From NCBI GenBank assembly GCA_963805645.1, contig CAWDVA010000007.1:131104-195103 (forward strand): DNA of 64,000 nucleotides. Direction: 5' to 3'. The translations under genes and the position numbers were made by a program. The notes below the pieces were generated by a model. The model saw only the letters and a program-made list of their open reading frames with translations, did no database searches and was not told the DNA's origin. The first letter of the stretch is position 1. Every line of letters begins with the position of its first letter. The stretch comes from an uncultured Chloroflexia bacterium. GTDB lineage: Bacteria > Chloroflexota > Limnocylindria > QHBO01. Positions 16,577 to 25,286 of the stretch are shown here, in pieces.

Positions 16577-18160
16577 ATGGGCATGGACTTCGAGGTTCAC
16601 GAGGACGCTCTCGAACAGGGTCTCGCCACCATCGAGCAGGTTCGGAGCTGGAGCCCAAGGGTGATCTCCCGGCTCGAGCACCACATCCGTACGGCGCCCG
16701 ACGGGGACCTCTTCCGCCTGAACCCGCTGCAATGGGCCTCGGAGCGAGGCGTCGACGAGTACGAGGCCGTGGACCTGTTCCTCCACGGCGCCAAGATCGG
16801 CCTCTTCGAGATGGACTGGAACGTCATCTGCCCATGCTGCGGCAAGGTCATGCGCAGCCTGCGTGAGCTGCACGGCCTCCAGGCGGAAAACGCCTGCACG
16901 GTCTGCTTCCGCCGCGACAAGGCCACGCTGGACGACTACGTCCAGGTCACCTTCACCATCTCCCCGACGATCCGGCACATCCGGTACCACGATCCGCAGA
17001 CGCTTGCCCTGGAGGACTACCTGTTCGAGTACCTCTACGAGCCGAGCGTGCGGGTCGTCGGGAGCATCACGCCCCGGGACGCGATGCGGATGTTCATGCG
17101 ACACCTCGCGCCGTTCCACCCCGGCGAGACCGTCACGGTCGAGGCGGACCTGGCACCGGGCCTCCTGAGCTGCGTGGACCCCTTCAGCCAGCAGAGCTTC
17201 GCGCTCCTGGCCCAGGGCGAGCCGGATCCGGAGACGCGCCGCATCACCGCAACCCTGACCGAGACCGGCTTCGAGCTGCCCTTGCCCCCCATGGATCCGG
17301 GGGAGTTCGACCTGGGGCCCTTGAGCTATGCGGGGACCTTCTATCCGATCCGACCGGGCAAGGTGGCGATCGAGTTCGAGCATCAGACCGTGGCCGAGGC
17401 CGCCCTCATGGTCATCTTCTTCCCGGTTTTCGGCCTTCCGGACGGCCTCACCCTTCCCGACGGATCGAGCATCGGCCCCATCGATACCGCCAACCTCGAC
17501 CCGAGCATGGCCATGGATGTCGGGTTTGCGTCCCCGCGCCTCACCGCCAAGCGGCTGTTCGCCACCCAGACCTTCCACGAGCTGTTCCGTGCCGAGGTCT
17601 TCCAGGAGTCAGAGGGCTTCGGCGTGAAGGACATCACCGTCCTCTTCACCGATCTCAAGGGCTCGACGCAGCTCTACCAGCGCGAGGGCGACCTCAACGC
17701 CTACGCCCTGGTGCGCCAGCACTACGGCATCCTGAGCCATTGCGTCACGCGACAGCACGGGGCCGTGGTCAAGACCATCGGCGACGCGATCATGGCGACG
17801 TTCGAGCACCCCATCGAAGCCGTCACGGCCGGACTGGACATGCTGCGCGAGCTCCCCGGGATGAACCAGTCATCGGCGCACGGAGAGATGCTGCTCAAGG
17901 TGGGGGTCCACCACGGCGCGGCCATCTCGGTAACGCTCAACGATCAGGTCGACTACTTCGGGCAGACGGTCAATATCGCGTCGCGGGTGCAGGGCAGTGC
18001 CGACGGCAACGAGATGCTGCTCACCGAGGAGATGCTCGGGTCCGACGGGGTCTCCGAGCTGCTCGAAGCATCGGGCTGCCGAGTCGAGGCGGCGGAGGTG
18101 GCGCTCCGCGGCATCGAGGAGCCACTGCACGTCTACCGGGTGTCCGCTCCTACCGGCTAA
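16577..18160 (+). CDS. DUF5939-like N-terminal domain plus class III adenylate/guanylate cyclase.
   Basis: The C-terminus shows the cyclase motifs (ITVLFTDLKGSTQLY, KTIGDAIMATF, FGQTVNIASR). The N-terminal region of about 330 aa contains a Cys4 motif (CPCCGK...CTVCF). Confidence 0.8.
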   Translation: MGMDFEVHEDALEQGLATIEQVRSWSPRVISRLEHHIRTAPDGDLFRLNPLQWASERGVDEYEAVDLFLHGAKIGLFEMDWNVICPCCGKVMRSLRELHGLQAENACTVCFRRDKATLDDYVQVTFTISPTIRHIRYHDPQTLALEDYLFEYLYEPSVRVVGSITPRDAMRMFMRHLAPFHPGETVTVEADLAPGLLSCVDPFSQQSFALLAQGEPDPETRRITATLTETGFELPLPPMDPGEFDLGPLSYAGTFYPIRPGKVAIEFEHQTVAEAALMVIFFPVFGLPDGLTLPDGSSIGPIDTANLDPSMAMDVGFASPRLTAKRLFATQTFHELFRAEVFQESEGFGVKDITVLFTDLKGSTQLYQREGDLNAYALVRQHYGILSHCVTRQHGAVVKTIGDAIMATFEHPIEAVTAGLDMLRELPGMNQSSAHGEMLLKVGVHHGAAISVTLNDQVDYFGQTVNIASRVQGSADGNEMLLTEEMLGSDGVSELLEASGCRVEAAEVALRGIEEPLHVYRVSAPTG

Positions 18161-18220
18161 CCGAGCGGGGCGAAGCGGATTGTCCCGGCCGACTCCTGCG
18201 ATTGTTCCGTCTGGGCTACA

Positions 18221-19033
18221 GTGCCGCCGATGCAGCCGGCAGATGGCACGCCCGTCGCGAACCCGGGATGGCGCGACGTGCTGCTGGGCACGGATCCGGC
18301 GCTCCGCAAGTACTGGCGCATCATGCGACGCATGCCCGGGGGCCCGCGCTGCCACCTCTGCAGCGCGCCGTTCGCGGGGGTTGGCGCACCGCTCGCCCGG
18401 CTCATGGGAAGCCCCCGATGGCACAAGAACCCCAACTACTGCCGGCGCTGCTTCGCGATCCTCGACAAGGAGCGCGGTGGCGCAGAGGTCGAGTGCAGCT
18501 TGCTGTTTGCAGACGTTCGCGGGTCGACCTCCATGGCGGAGCGGATGGCGCCGGCCGAGTTCCAGCAGCTCATCCAGCGCTTCTACGCGGTTGCCGGAGA
18601 GGTCCTGTTCCGCCATGACGCCGTCCTCGACAAGTTCGTTGGCGACGAGGTGATGGCCATCTACATCCCGGCGCTGACCGGTGAGCTCCACGCAGCCCGT
18701 GCCGTGGAGACCGGGCGAGAGCTCCTGCGCGCGACCGGCCACGGCAGCGCCGACGGCGCCTGGCTGCCCATCGGCATCGGCGTCCACTCCGGCGTTGCGT
18801 TCGTGGGCTCCATGGCGGCTCCCCCGGAGGCCACCTTCACGGCTCTGGGCGATGTCGTGAACGTGGCGGCTCGCCTCGCCGCCTCGGCGGGAGCCGGCGA
18901 GCTACTGATCAGCGATGCGGCAGCCGCGACTGCGGGGCTCCCGACGACCGGCCCAGAGGTGACGGAGCACCGCGACCTGGAGTTGAAGGGGAAGTCGGAG
19001 CGAGTGGGGGCGCTCGTCATCCGCATCGGCTGA
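18221..19033 (+). CDS. Zinc-ribbon plus class III adenylate/guanylate cyclase.
   Basis: The N-terminus has a Cys4 motif (CHLCSAPF...CRRCF). The cyclase core shows LLFADVRGSTSM, DKFVGDEVMAIY and LGDVVNVAARL. The gene starts 60 nt after the preceding cyclase gene. Confidence 0.8.
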   Translation: MPPMQPADGTPVANPGWRDVLLGTDPALRKYWRIMRRMPGGPRCHLCSAPFAGVGAPLARLMGSPRWHKNPNYCRRCFAILDKERGGAEVECSLLFADVRGSTSMAERMAPAEFQQLIQRFYAVAGEVLFRHDAVLDKFVGDEVMAIYIPALTGELHAARAVETGRELLRATGHGSADGAWLPIGIGVHSGVAFVGSMAAPPEATFTALGDVVNVAARLAASAGAGELLISDAAAATAGLPTTGPEVTEHRDLELKGKSERVGALVIRIG

Positions 19034-19113
19034 ACGACACACCGACATCAAGAACGAACGGTTCGCGACCCTTCGACGTCCCTTTCAGGGACAATTCAGC
19101 CGGAGGGAAGCAC

Positions 19114-19638
19114 ATGCTCGACCGCGCCGCCGCGTCGACGTCGACGGATGACGCCGTTCGCGGCATGCTGCTTGCCCGCATCAACGACGCGTTCCGGCTG
19201 GCCACGTTCATCTTGCATGATCCGATGGCGGCGGAGGACGCCGTGCAGGATGCCGCGCTGATCGCGTGGCGCAAGCGGCGGTCGTTGCGTGACGAGCAAG
19301 CGGTCGACGTCTGGTTCACCCGAATCCTGGTCAACGTGTGCCGCGACGAGCTTCGGCATCGGTCGCGGCGACCCCGCGTCCTCGCGCTGGACCCGGCACT
19401 GGACGGTGGTGACGACCCGCCTCGCGGCGGCGCCGACCTCGGTCCTGCCATTCGGCGCCTTCGGCCGAGGGAACAGACCCTCCTTGCGCTGCGGTTCGGG
19501 CGGGAGCTCACCGTTCCCGAGATCGCCGAGCAGCTCCAGGTTCCCGAGGGAACCGTGAAATCACGACTCCATTCCACGCTCCAGCACCTTCGTGCCGCAC
19601 TCGACGCGGAGCGACGGCTGGGGGAGGCGACACCATGA
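19114..19638 (+). CDS. ECF-type RNA polymerase sigma factor (sigma-70 family, regions 2 and 4).
   Basis: Region 2 reads AEDAVQDAALIAWRKRRSL…FTRILVNVCRDELR, and region 4 reads LRPREQTLLALRFGRELTVPEIAEQLQVPEGTVKSRLH. GGAGGG lies upstream of the ATG. Confidence 0.85.
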   Translation: MLDRAAASTSTDDAVRGMLLARINDAFRLATFILHDPMAAEDAVQDAALIAWRKRRSLRDEQAVDVWFTRILVNVCRDELRHRSRRPRVLALDPALDGGDDPPRGGADLGPAIRRLRPREQTLLALRFGRELTVPEIAEQLQVPEGTVKSRLHSTLQHLRAALDAERRLGEATP

Positions 19639-21073
19639 ACGAGAACGACCTCGAGGCCCTGCTGCGCGATCACTACCACGGGATCGACCCCACCATTGCC
19701 CCCGGGGACCTCGACCTCCGGATCGGCGAAGCGCTCGATCGGGGGATCAACCGCCAAGCCCTGTTCGGCAGGCTGCCGGTCCTCGCGGCGGCGCTTGCCG
19801 CGGTGGTCGTGGTCGCCGCGGTCCTGGCCCTCCGGCCGAGTGGACCGCCGGCGCCCGTGGGTACGTCACCCAGCCCCTCGTCGGCCGGTGCATCGGCCTC
19901 GCCTTCCGTGTCGCCATCCCAGTCGGGGTCACCAGTCGCACGCGCGCTGCCGAGCGGATCGGTACCCCCCATCTCGACCCAGACCTGGACCACGCTCGAT
20001 CTGCAGCCCGTGGAGGGCGGCCCCGCACCCGGTTCCTGGGTCGTGGGCTGGTCGGGTGGCTACCTTGCGCTCTGGCAATCAGGGGATCCCCACTACAACT
20101 CAATGGGCAACCTCGTTGGCGCGGGGCCCCTGTACGCCTGGGTCTCGCGCAACGGCCGAACCTGGACCCAACTTCCTGCGGACACATTCGGTGCGGGCGG
20201 TTCTCACCTTTGGCGCAGCCCCGGTGGCAGACGGTGTCATCGTCATCACCGAATCGCAAGATGGCCGTGCGACTGCCTGGCTTTCCAAGGACGGGATCGC
20301 GTGGGAGTCGAGCCCCGCGCCGTCGTCAAGCTGACCGGGGGCCTCTACCCGTGGCCACCTTCCGAGGTCGAGGACAACGAGGTTGCCGGCGGTCGCGGAG
20401 GGGTCGTGGCACTGTCCTACAACTGCGTGGACATCGCGCCTTCAGTACCAGCCGCCTGTGACAACAACAACGTCATCGAGTTCAGTGCTGACGGAAAGGT
20501 GTGGCAGGACGTCACGCTGCCGGGCGATGGCGCCGAGGTCCAGGGCGTCGCGGCCTTCGGCACCGGTTTCGTCGCGGTCGGGATCGCGGCCCCAACGCAA
20601 ACGCGAACCCGGTGGCGTGGTGGTCGGAGGATGGGCTGCACTGGGTGGCAGCGGCGCCCGTAACCAGACCTGGTGAAGGGTTCATCCATGTCCAGCCTGG
20701 CGCGGGCGGGCTGGTCGCCGAGGCATGGGGGGGTCCGTTTTCCAGCCTCGACTCGCTGTGGACCAGCGCCGACGGCCAGTCCTGGTCGCTCGGCGCGGAA
20801 CCGCTCACCCCGCCGCAGACGGACGGCGGGTGGCTCGAGGGTGACGGCACGCGGCTGCTCTGGTATTCGGTCCCTGGAGCCGCCCCCACCGCGTACTTCA
20901 CGTCGCTCGACGGCGTCTCCTGGACGAAGCTCGCCCTGACCGGCGACGTGCCGGCAGCCGTGACCGGCGACGGGTCGGCAACCCTCGACGGCAAGGCGAC
21001 ACCGTTCCTGATGCGCGACGGCATCCTGTTCATCGGAGACAACGGGACGTGGTTCGGGAGCGCGGCCGAGTGA
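19635..21073 (+). pseudogene. Anti-sigma-factor-like membrane protein gene that is broken by at least three frameshifts.
   Basis: The start overlaps the sigma-factor stop (ATGA). The product begins MNENDLEALLRDHY, has one TM helix (LPVLAAALAAVVVVAAVLAL) and then a W/G-rich extracytoplasmic domain. The plausible protein sequence continues in frame 1 near 20200 (LTFGAAPVADGVIVITESQDGRATAWLSKDGIAWE), returns to frame 0 near 20330, and moves to frame 2 near 20590 (PVAWWSEDGLHWVAAAPV… to the stop at 21073). Confidence 0.55.
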
Positions 21074-21147
21074 CTGTGGGGAAGATTGACGCCCGTGAGC
21101 CGTCAGCGATCGGCTGGCACGAGCTTAGCGAAAGAGGGGAAGCGGAC

Positions 21148-22110
21148 ATGCACAGCCGAGTTCGAGTAGCCGTAGCCTGCCTCGTCATCACGTTGCTGCT
21201 GGTCGGTTGTGGTGGAGGTAGCGTTCCCACGACGACCCGGGCCCCGACGACCGCGACGCAGGCACAGACGCCATCGGCACCCGTCTCCGCGACGCCGGCT
21301 GCCTCACCCACGGTGGTCACGGGAAGCATCGACGTCGGTGGCGTGACCCGCGAGTACACCGTTGTGACTGCGCCCGATGTCTCGAACCGGGTGCAGTTGC
21401 CGCTTCTGCTGGTGCTGCACGGGGCCGAACAGACGATGTGGAACGCCGAGTCGTATGGCTTCGACGTGGCGGCGATGGATTCCGGCGCCGTGGTCGTCTA
21501 CCCGCGGGGCGAGAAGGATCCCGATCGGCCGGGCCGGCAGGGATACATCTGGAACTCCGGCCAGACGGATACGGGCTTCGACGACGTCGCCTTCGTGGGT
21601 GCCCTCATCGACCGGATGGAGGCCGACTACCCGATCGACCCCAACCGGGCGTTCGTCATGGGCGCATCCAACGGCGGCCAGATGGCGTACCGCGCCGCCT
21701 GTGAGCTCGCCGATCGCATCGCGGCCGTCGGGGATATCAGCGGCACCCTGCTCGTCGACTGCCAGCCCAGCTCGCCGGTCTCGGTCATCGACCTCCGCGG
21801 CATGGCGGACACGATATACACTCCGCCGTCGGGCGGTGGAGAGGGCTGCCTGCCGCTGCTGTGCCCCCCGCTCGCCGACACCCAGGAAGCCTGGCGCAAG
21901 ATCGACGGATGCACCGGCGATCCCACCATGATCAAAATCGCTCCCACTTCGGTCGAGACCGAGTGGACAGCATGCCAGGACGGAACCGCGGTCGCCTTCA
22001 TCAGAGCCGCCAACGCCGACCATTTCATGGACGGCGTCGATTTCGACTTCGTGAGCGTGATCTGGGCGTTCCTCAAGGACCACGCCCGATCCGGCGGCAG
22101 CACCAACTAG
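21148..22110 (+). CDS. Lipoprotein of the PHB-depolymerase / LpqC-like esterase (alpha/beta hydrolase) family.
   Basis: The signal peptide carries a lipobox (LLLVGCGGG). The product reads …LLLVLHGAEQT...VVVYPRG...FVMGASNGGQMAYRAACE (GxSxG nucleophile elbow). AGAGGGGA precedes the ATG at 21148. Confidence 0.75.
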   Translation: MHSRVRVAVACLVITLLLVGCGGGSVPTTTRAPTTATQAQTPSAPVSATPAASPTVVTGSIDVGGVTREYTVVTAPDVSNRVQLPLLLVLHGAEQTMWNAESYGFDVAAMDSGAVVVYPRGEKDPDRPGRQGYIWNSGQTDTGFDDVAFVGALIDRMEADYPIDPNRAFVMGASNGGQMAYRAACELADRIAAVGDISGTLLVDCQPSSPVSVIDLRGMADTIYTPPSGGGEGCLPLLCPPLADTQEAWRKIDGCTGDPTMIKIAPTSVETEWTACQDGTAVAFIRAANADHFMDGVDFDFVSVIWAFLKDHARSGGSTN

Positions 22111-22483
22111 CCGACAGGACAAACAGGGAGATGGTCGGGACCGCGCACGAGCTGCTTCAGCTCATGTCGATGGGCACCCGGCTGTTCACTCCGTCTTCGA
22201 TCAACGGCAGGTAGAACTGCTTGGCGTCGATTCGATGGCACTCATAGGGTGGCATCGGCAACTTCCATCGCTTGATAGCGTCGGCAACCACCGGGCGGGA
22301 AGTCGGGCCCAGGGACCGGTACGTCGGTCGCCTCCAGCTGGATTGCCGCCAGGGCGAACGAGGCCTGGCCGGAGTACTCCTGCTGGGCTTCGAAGATCGT
22401 GACGGCGACCTCTGGGTTCGCGGCGACGTTGTGCGCGCGTCGAGCAAGCTGGCTGGCGGCTTACCGCGCTGCCTCCGTCGATG

Positions 22484-23260
22484 CTAGGGCGCATCGTCGC
22501 GGCCTGTATCCGCGCCGGTCCCCGGGAAGGAGTCGAGCCACATGTGGCCCGTCACCATTCGGACGTCGGAATGCGCCGCCTGAAACTGGCGCAGGGCAGG
22601 CTCGTGCGGTCCGAGGACGAGCCGCGTGAACCACTCGGGGGCCACCGGGTCCAGATTCAGGGTCGCCGCGTCACCCACGTGGAGCAGCCACCCATCGTCC
22701 GCGGCGACGGCGACGGCACAGTGGCCACGGGTGTGCCCGAACATCGGCACCAGCCATGTCTCCGGCTCGAAGGGGAGGCGGATGGCGGGCAGCCCCTGCC
22801 ACGACTCGCCGGTCTCCTCGTGCGCCACGAAGCGCGGTCCGTGTGCGACATGGCGTCGCACGTAGCCGACATCGGTCCATCGCCTGCGACGCCCGAAGAA
22901 CGCCTCGAGCTCGCGTCGGTGGACATGGACCAATGCTTCGGGAAAGTCAGGCAAGCCACCGCAATGGTCGAAGTGCATGTGGGTCAGGACGATGTGTCGT
23001 ACGTCGGTCGGCGCGTACCCCAGCCGCACAATTTGCCGGACCGCGGCCTGCTCCGGGTCGAGGGGCACGTGCGTCAGCACGCGGAACGCGTTGAGGATGG
23101 CGGGACTCCGCACGTAGTCCTGACTCCCGATTCCTGTGTCCACCAGCACCAGTCCGTCACGCGCCTCGACGAGAAGGCACAGCGCCCCGGTGTGCCACTC
23201 CCTGGGGACTCGTGCACTACAGGTGAAGCAGTTGAGGCGATGGACTGCTATGGCGGACAC
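22484..23260 (-). CDS. MBL-fold metallo-hydrolase.
   Basis: The product carries the HxHxDH motif (THMHFDHCGG), plus LVDTGIG and downstream His/Asp metal ligands (GHTRGH). Confidence 0.8.
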   Translation of the reverse strand: MSAIAVHRLNCFTCSARVPREWHTGALCLLVEARDGLVLVDTGIGSQDYVRSPAILNAFRVLTHVPLDPEQAAVRQIVRLGYAPTDVRHIVLTHMHFDHCGGLPDFPEALVHVHRRELEAFFGRRRRWTDVGYVRRHVAHGPRFVAHEETGESWQGLPAIRLPFEPETWLVPMFGHTRGHCAVAVAADDGWLLHVGDAATLNLDPVAPEWFTRLVLGPHEPALRQFQAAHSDVRMVTGHMWLDSFPGTGADTGRDDAP

Positions 23261-23452
23261 CCGGACGTACGGTCGATGCGACGATTATCCGCGTACGGCG
23301 CTGTGACAGCCGGTCGCTGCACCGATTTCCGGCACTTATCGCGGGCGAGAGGATTCGACCCGTCGAGTACCAGATGCCACATCGTCGTCCGACCCGCGGT
23401 CTTTGCGACGTTCGCAGCATGACAAGGCTCCGCCGAGCTCAGCGGTCCTCCA

Positions 23453-24706
23453 TCAGTCTCGCTCCGCGCGCCAGAGCGGAAACGGATCGACGACACCCTT
23501 CAGTTGCACCGGCGGCAGCTGAGTGAGGGTGATGCCGTCGCCTATCTCGGCGACCATCGTGGCGCTGACCAGGATCTCCCCCGCCCTCGCCTGCCCGGCG
23601 ATCCGCGAGGCCAGGTTGACCGTCCTCCCGAAGACATCCCCGTCACGCTCGATGACCGGGCCGGCGTTGACCCCGGCGTGCGCGGGCGGCAGGCCGGCGG
23701 CTGGCAGCGACTCCACCAGGGTCAGGGCCGTATCCAGCACGTCGCCAGCGTGTCGGCTGTAAAGGAGGACTCCGTCCCCGAGCAGCTTGACGATGCGGGC
23801 CCCGCTCGTGGCGGCAGCGCGCTCGGCCTCGTCGACAAGTCCGGCGGCCAAGCGGGTCCCCTCGACGTCGCCGCGTTCCTCAATATGGCGCGTAAAGCCG
23901 GATAGATCGACGAAGGCGATGCCCGGAACGTGGTGCGGCTCGGCCGACAGGAGCCCGTTCATGGCAAGCAGTGCTTCGAGACTGGTGGCCCAGTTGGCAA
24001 AGGCCGCTGACCACCCATGGCGCTGCGCCACGGCGAATGCCGTCTTGAACACCGCTTCGAAGTAGGGGCGCGTTCGCTCCGCATCAGCTCGCGTGCGGAA
24101 CACGGGCTGACCCGCCGCCACGGTAGGTTGCAGGATGTATTCGTGGATAAGGCTCACGAAGCCATAGGCCAGGCGTTGGGTCGAGTCCCCGATCAGTCGG
24201 GCGCCGCGGATCGCCATCTCGGGCTGATCGGCGTACTTGGCAATCGCCACCATCTGCCGAAGGAATGCCTCCTCGTCGACAGGGATCGGGGTCTCCGTCG
24301 CCCGCGACGGGAGTCCCAATGCCATTTGCAGGCGCCCAAGGAGCTGTGGCTCGACGCCGAGCTCGGCAGCAAGCGCTGCCTGTGTCTGGGACGTGACCGA
24401 CGCGGGGGCCACGAAGAACTCGGCCGCCTCCAGGACGATAATGCCGGCGGCGATACCCGCGCGGAACTGCTCCATCGTGACGCCGGCGTCGTGCAGTAGC
24501 GTCCAGAGCCGGACGCGATGAATGTCGCTTGACGCGTGACCCTCGCTGGCGTCGGGCTGGAGGACCCCGGCCGCGCTAAGCTCCTCGACGACCGATAGGT
24601 CAACCTCCGCCGCGCGGGCCAGATTGCGCGCAGACAGACGATCCAGACCTGCCGCGTCACCCTCGTCCATCGCGGAATGATGAGGCGCATCCCTCGGCGG
24701 GGTCAA
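23453..24706 (-). CDS. Adenylate/guanylate cyclase (class III) with an unknown N-terminal domain of about 230 aa.
   Basis: The C-terminal cyclase motifs are IAFVDLSGFTRHIEE, VKLLGDGVLLY and FGRTVNLASRIAGQARAGEILVS. Confidence 0.8.
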   Translation of the reverse strand: MTPPRDAPHHSAMDEGDAAGLDRLSARNLARAAEVDLSVVEELSAAGVLQPDASEGHASSDIHRVRLWTLLHDAGVTMEQFRAGIAAGIIVLEAAEFFVAPASVTSQTQAALAAELGVEPQLLGRLQMALGLPSRATETPIPVDEEAFLRQMVAIAKYADQPEMAIRGARLIGDSTQRLAYGFVSLIHEYILQPTVAAGQPVFRTRADAERTRPYFEAVFKTAFAVAQRHGWSAAFANWATSLEALLAMNGLLSAEPHHVPGIAFVDLSGFTRHIEERGDVEGTRLAAGLVDEAERAAATSGARIVKLLGDGVLLYSRHAGDVLDTALTLVESLPAAGLPPAHAGVNAGPVIERDGDVFGRTVNLASRIAGQARAGEILVSATMVAEIGDGITLTQLPPVQLKGVVDPFPLWRAERD

Positions 24707-24908
24707 CGAGGCGCGATCGTTGGCACGTCCCGTCGGGCCTGCCTCGGCTGTCTGTCATCGTGGCCGGGAGAATCCTGCGGGGCCCTCTACCTCCAGTTAG
24801 CTGCGGACTTTTCGACTGATGAAGCACCTGTGCCGGCAGATCTGCGTGGCACTTGCGTCGGTCGCGGATCCGAACCATCGTGTTGGCAGCAACAGCCGGA
24901 GGGAGCTG

Positions 24909-25286
24909 ATGTTGCGATCAGAGCGTTGGCCGAGTTGGGGTATTGGACTCCTGTTCGGCGCTGCAGCTGGCTTCATGATCATCGTGAGCGGCACACCGGG
25001 CCTGGCACTGAGCCTGGCGTTCCTTGCCCTCGCTTTCGTCGCGGCGCGAAGTGTGGCGTTCCTATCGGGCGCTTTCCTTGGCGTCGGTGGCCTGTGGTTC
25101 GCGCTGACCGTCCGGGCGCAGCTCGCCTGCGACGCCTTCGACCGTGGTTCCAACCAGGGTTGCCAGGGGTTCGGCGTCGATCAGTTCCTCGTCGTGAGCG
25201 CCGTCGTCTTCGGGATCGGACTGTTGCTGGGCGTGATCGCCTGGCGTCGGCGTGCCGGTCAGTTCAGTAGCCAGGCCGGGTCGTAG
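24909..25286 (+). CDS. Small hypothetical polytopic membrane protein.
   Basis: GGAGGGAGCTG immediately precedes the ATG at 24909. The product has three to four hydrophobic helices (GIGLLFGAAAGFMIIVSG…, SAVVFGIGLLLGVIAW). Its 3' end overlaps the transposase remnant. Confidence 0.45.
   Translation: MLRSERWPSWGIGLLFGAAAGFMIIVSGTPGLALSLAFLALAFVAARSVAFLSGAFLGVGGLWFALTVRAQLACDAFDRGSNQGCQGFGVDQFLVVSAVVFGIGLLLGVIAWRRRAGQFSSQAGS

Noticed and set aside
16169-17578. A 469-aa minus-strand ORF overlapping the DUF5939-cyclase gene.
   Set aside because: This is an antisense shadow ORF. The plus-strand product carries clear cyclase motifs.
22157-22447. A 96-aa minus-strand ORF in the low-GC spacer.
   Set aside because: Its N-terminal 55 aa are pure low-complexity (S/P/R/T-rich) and there is no RBS. 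Only the C-terminal tail looks protein-like. It is treated as a possible remnant and noted in the findings.
7011-24706. The cyclase cluster as a Pycsar/CBASS-type cyclic-nucleotide antiphage system.
   Set aside because: No candidate effector gene (cNMP-binding plus TM/TIR/nuclease) and no CD-NTase are present. The cyclases are fused to sensor and regulatory domains (NB-ARC/TPR, zinc ribbons), which is typical of housekeeping signalling.
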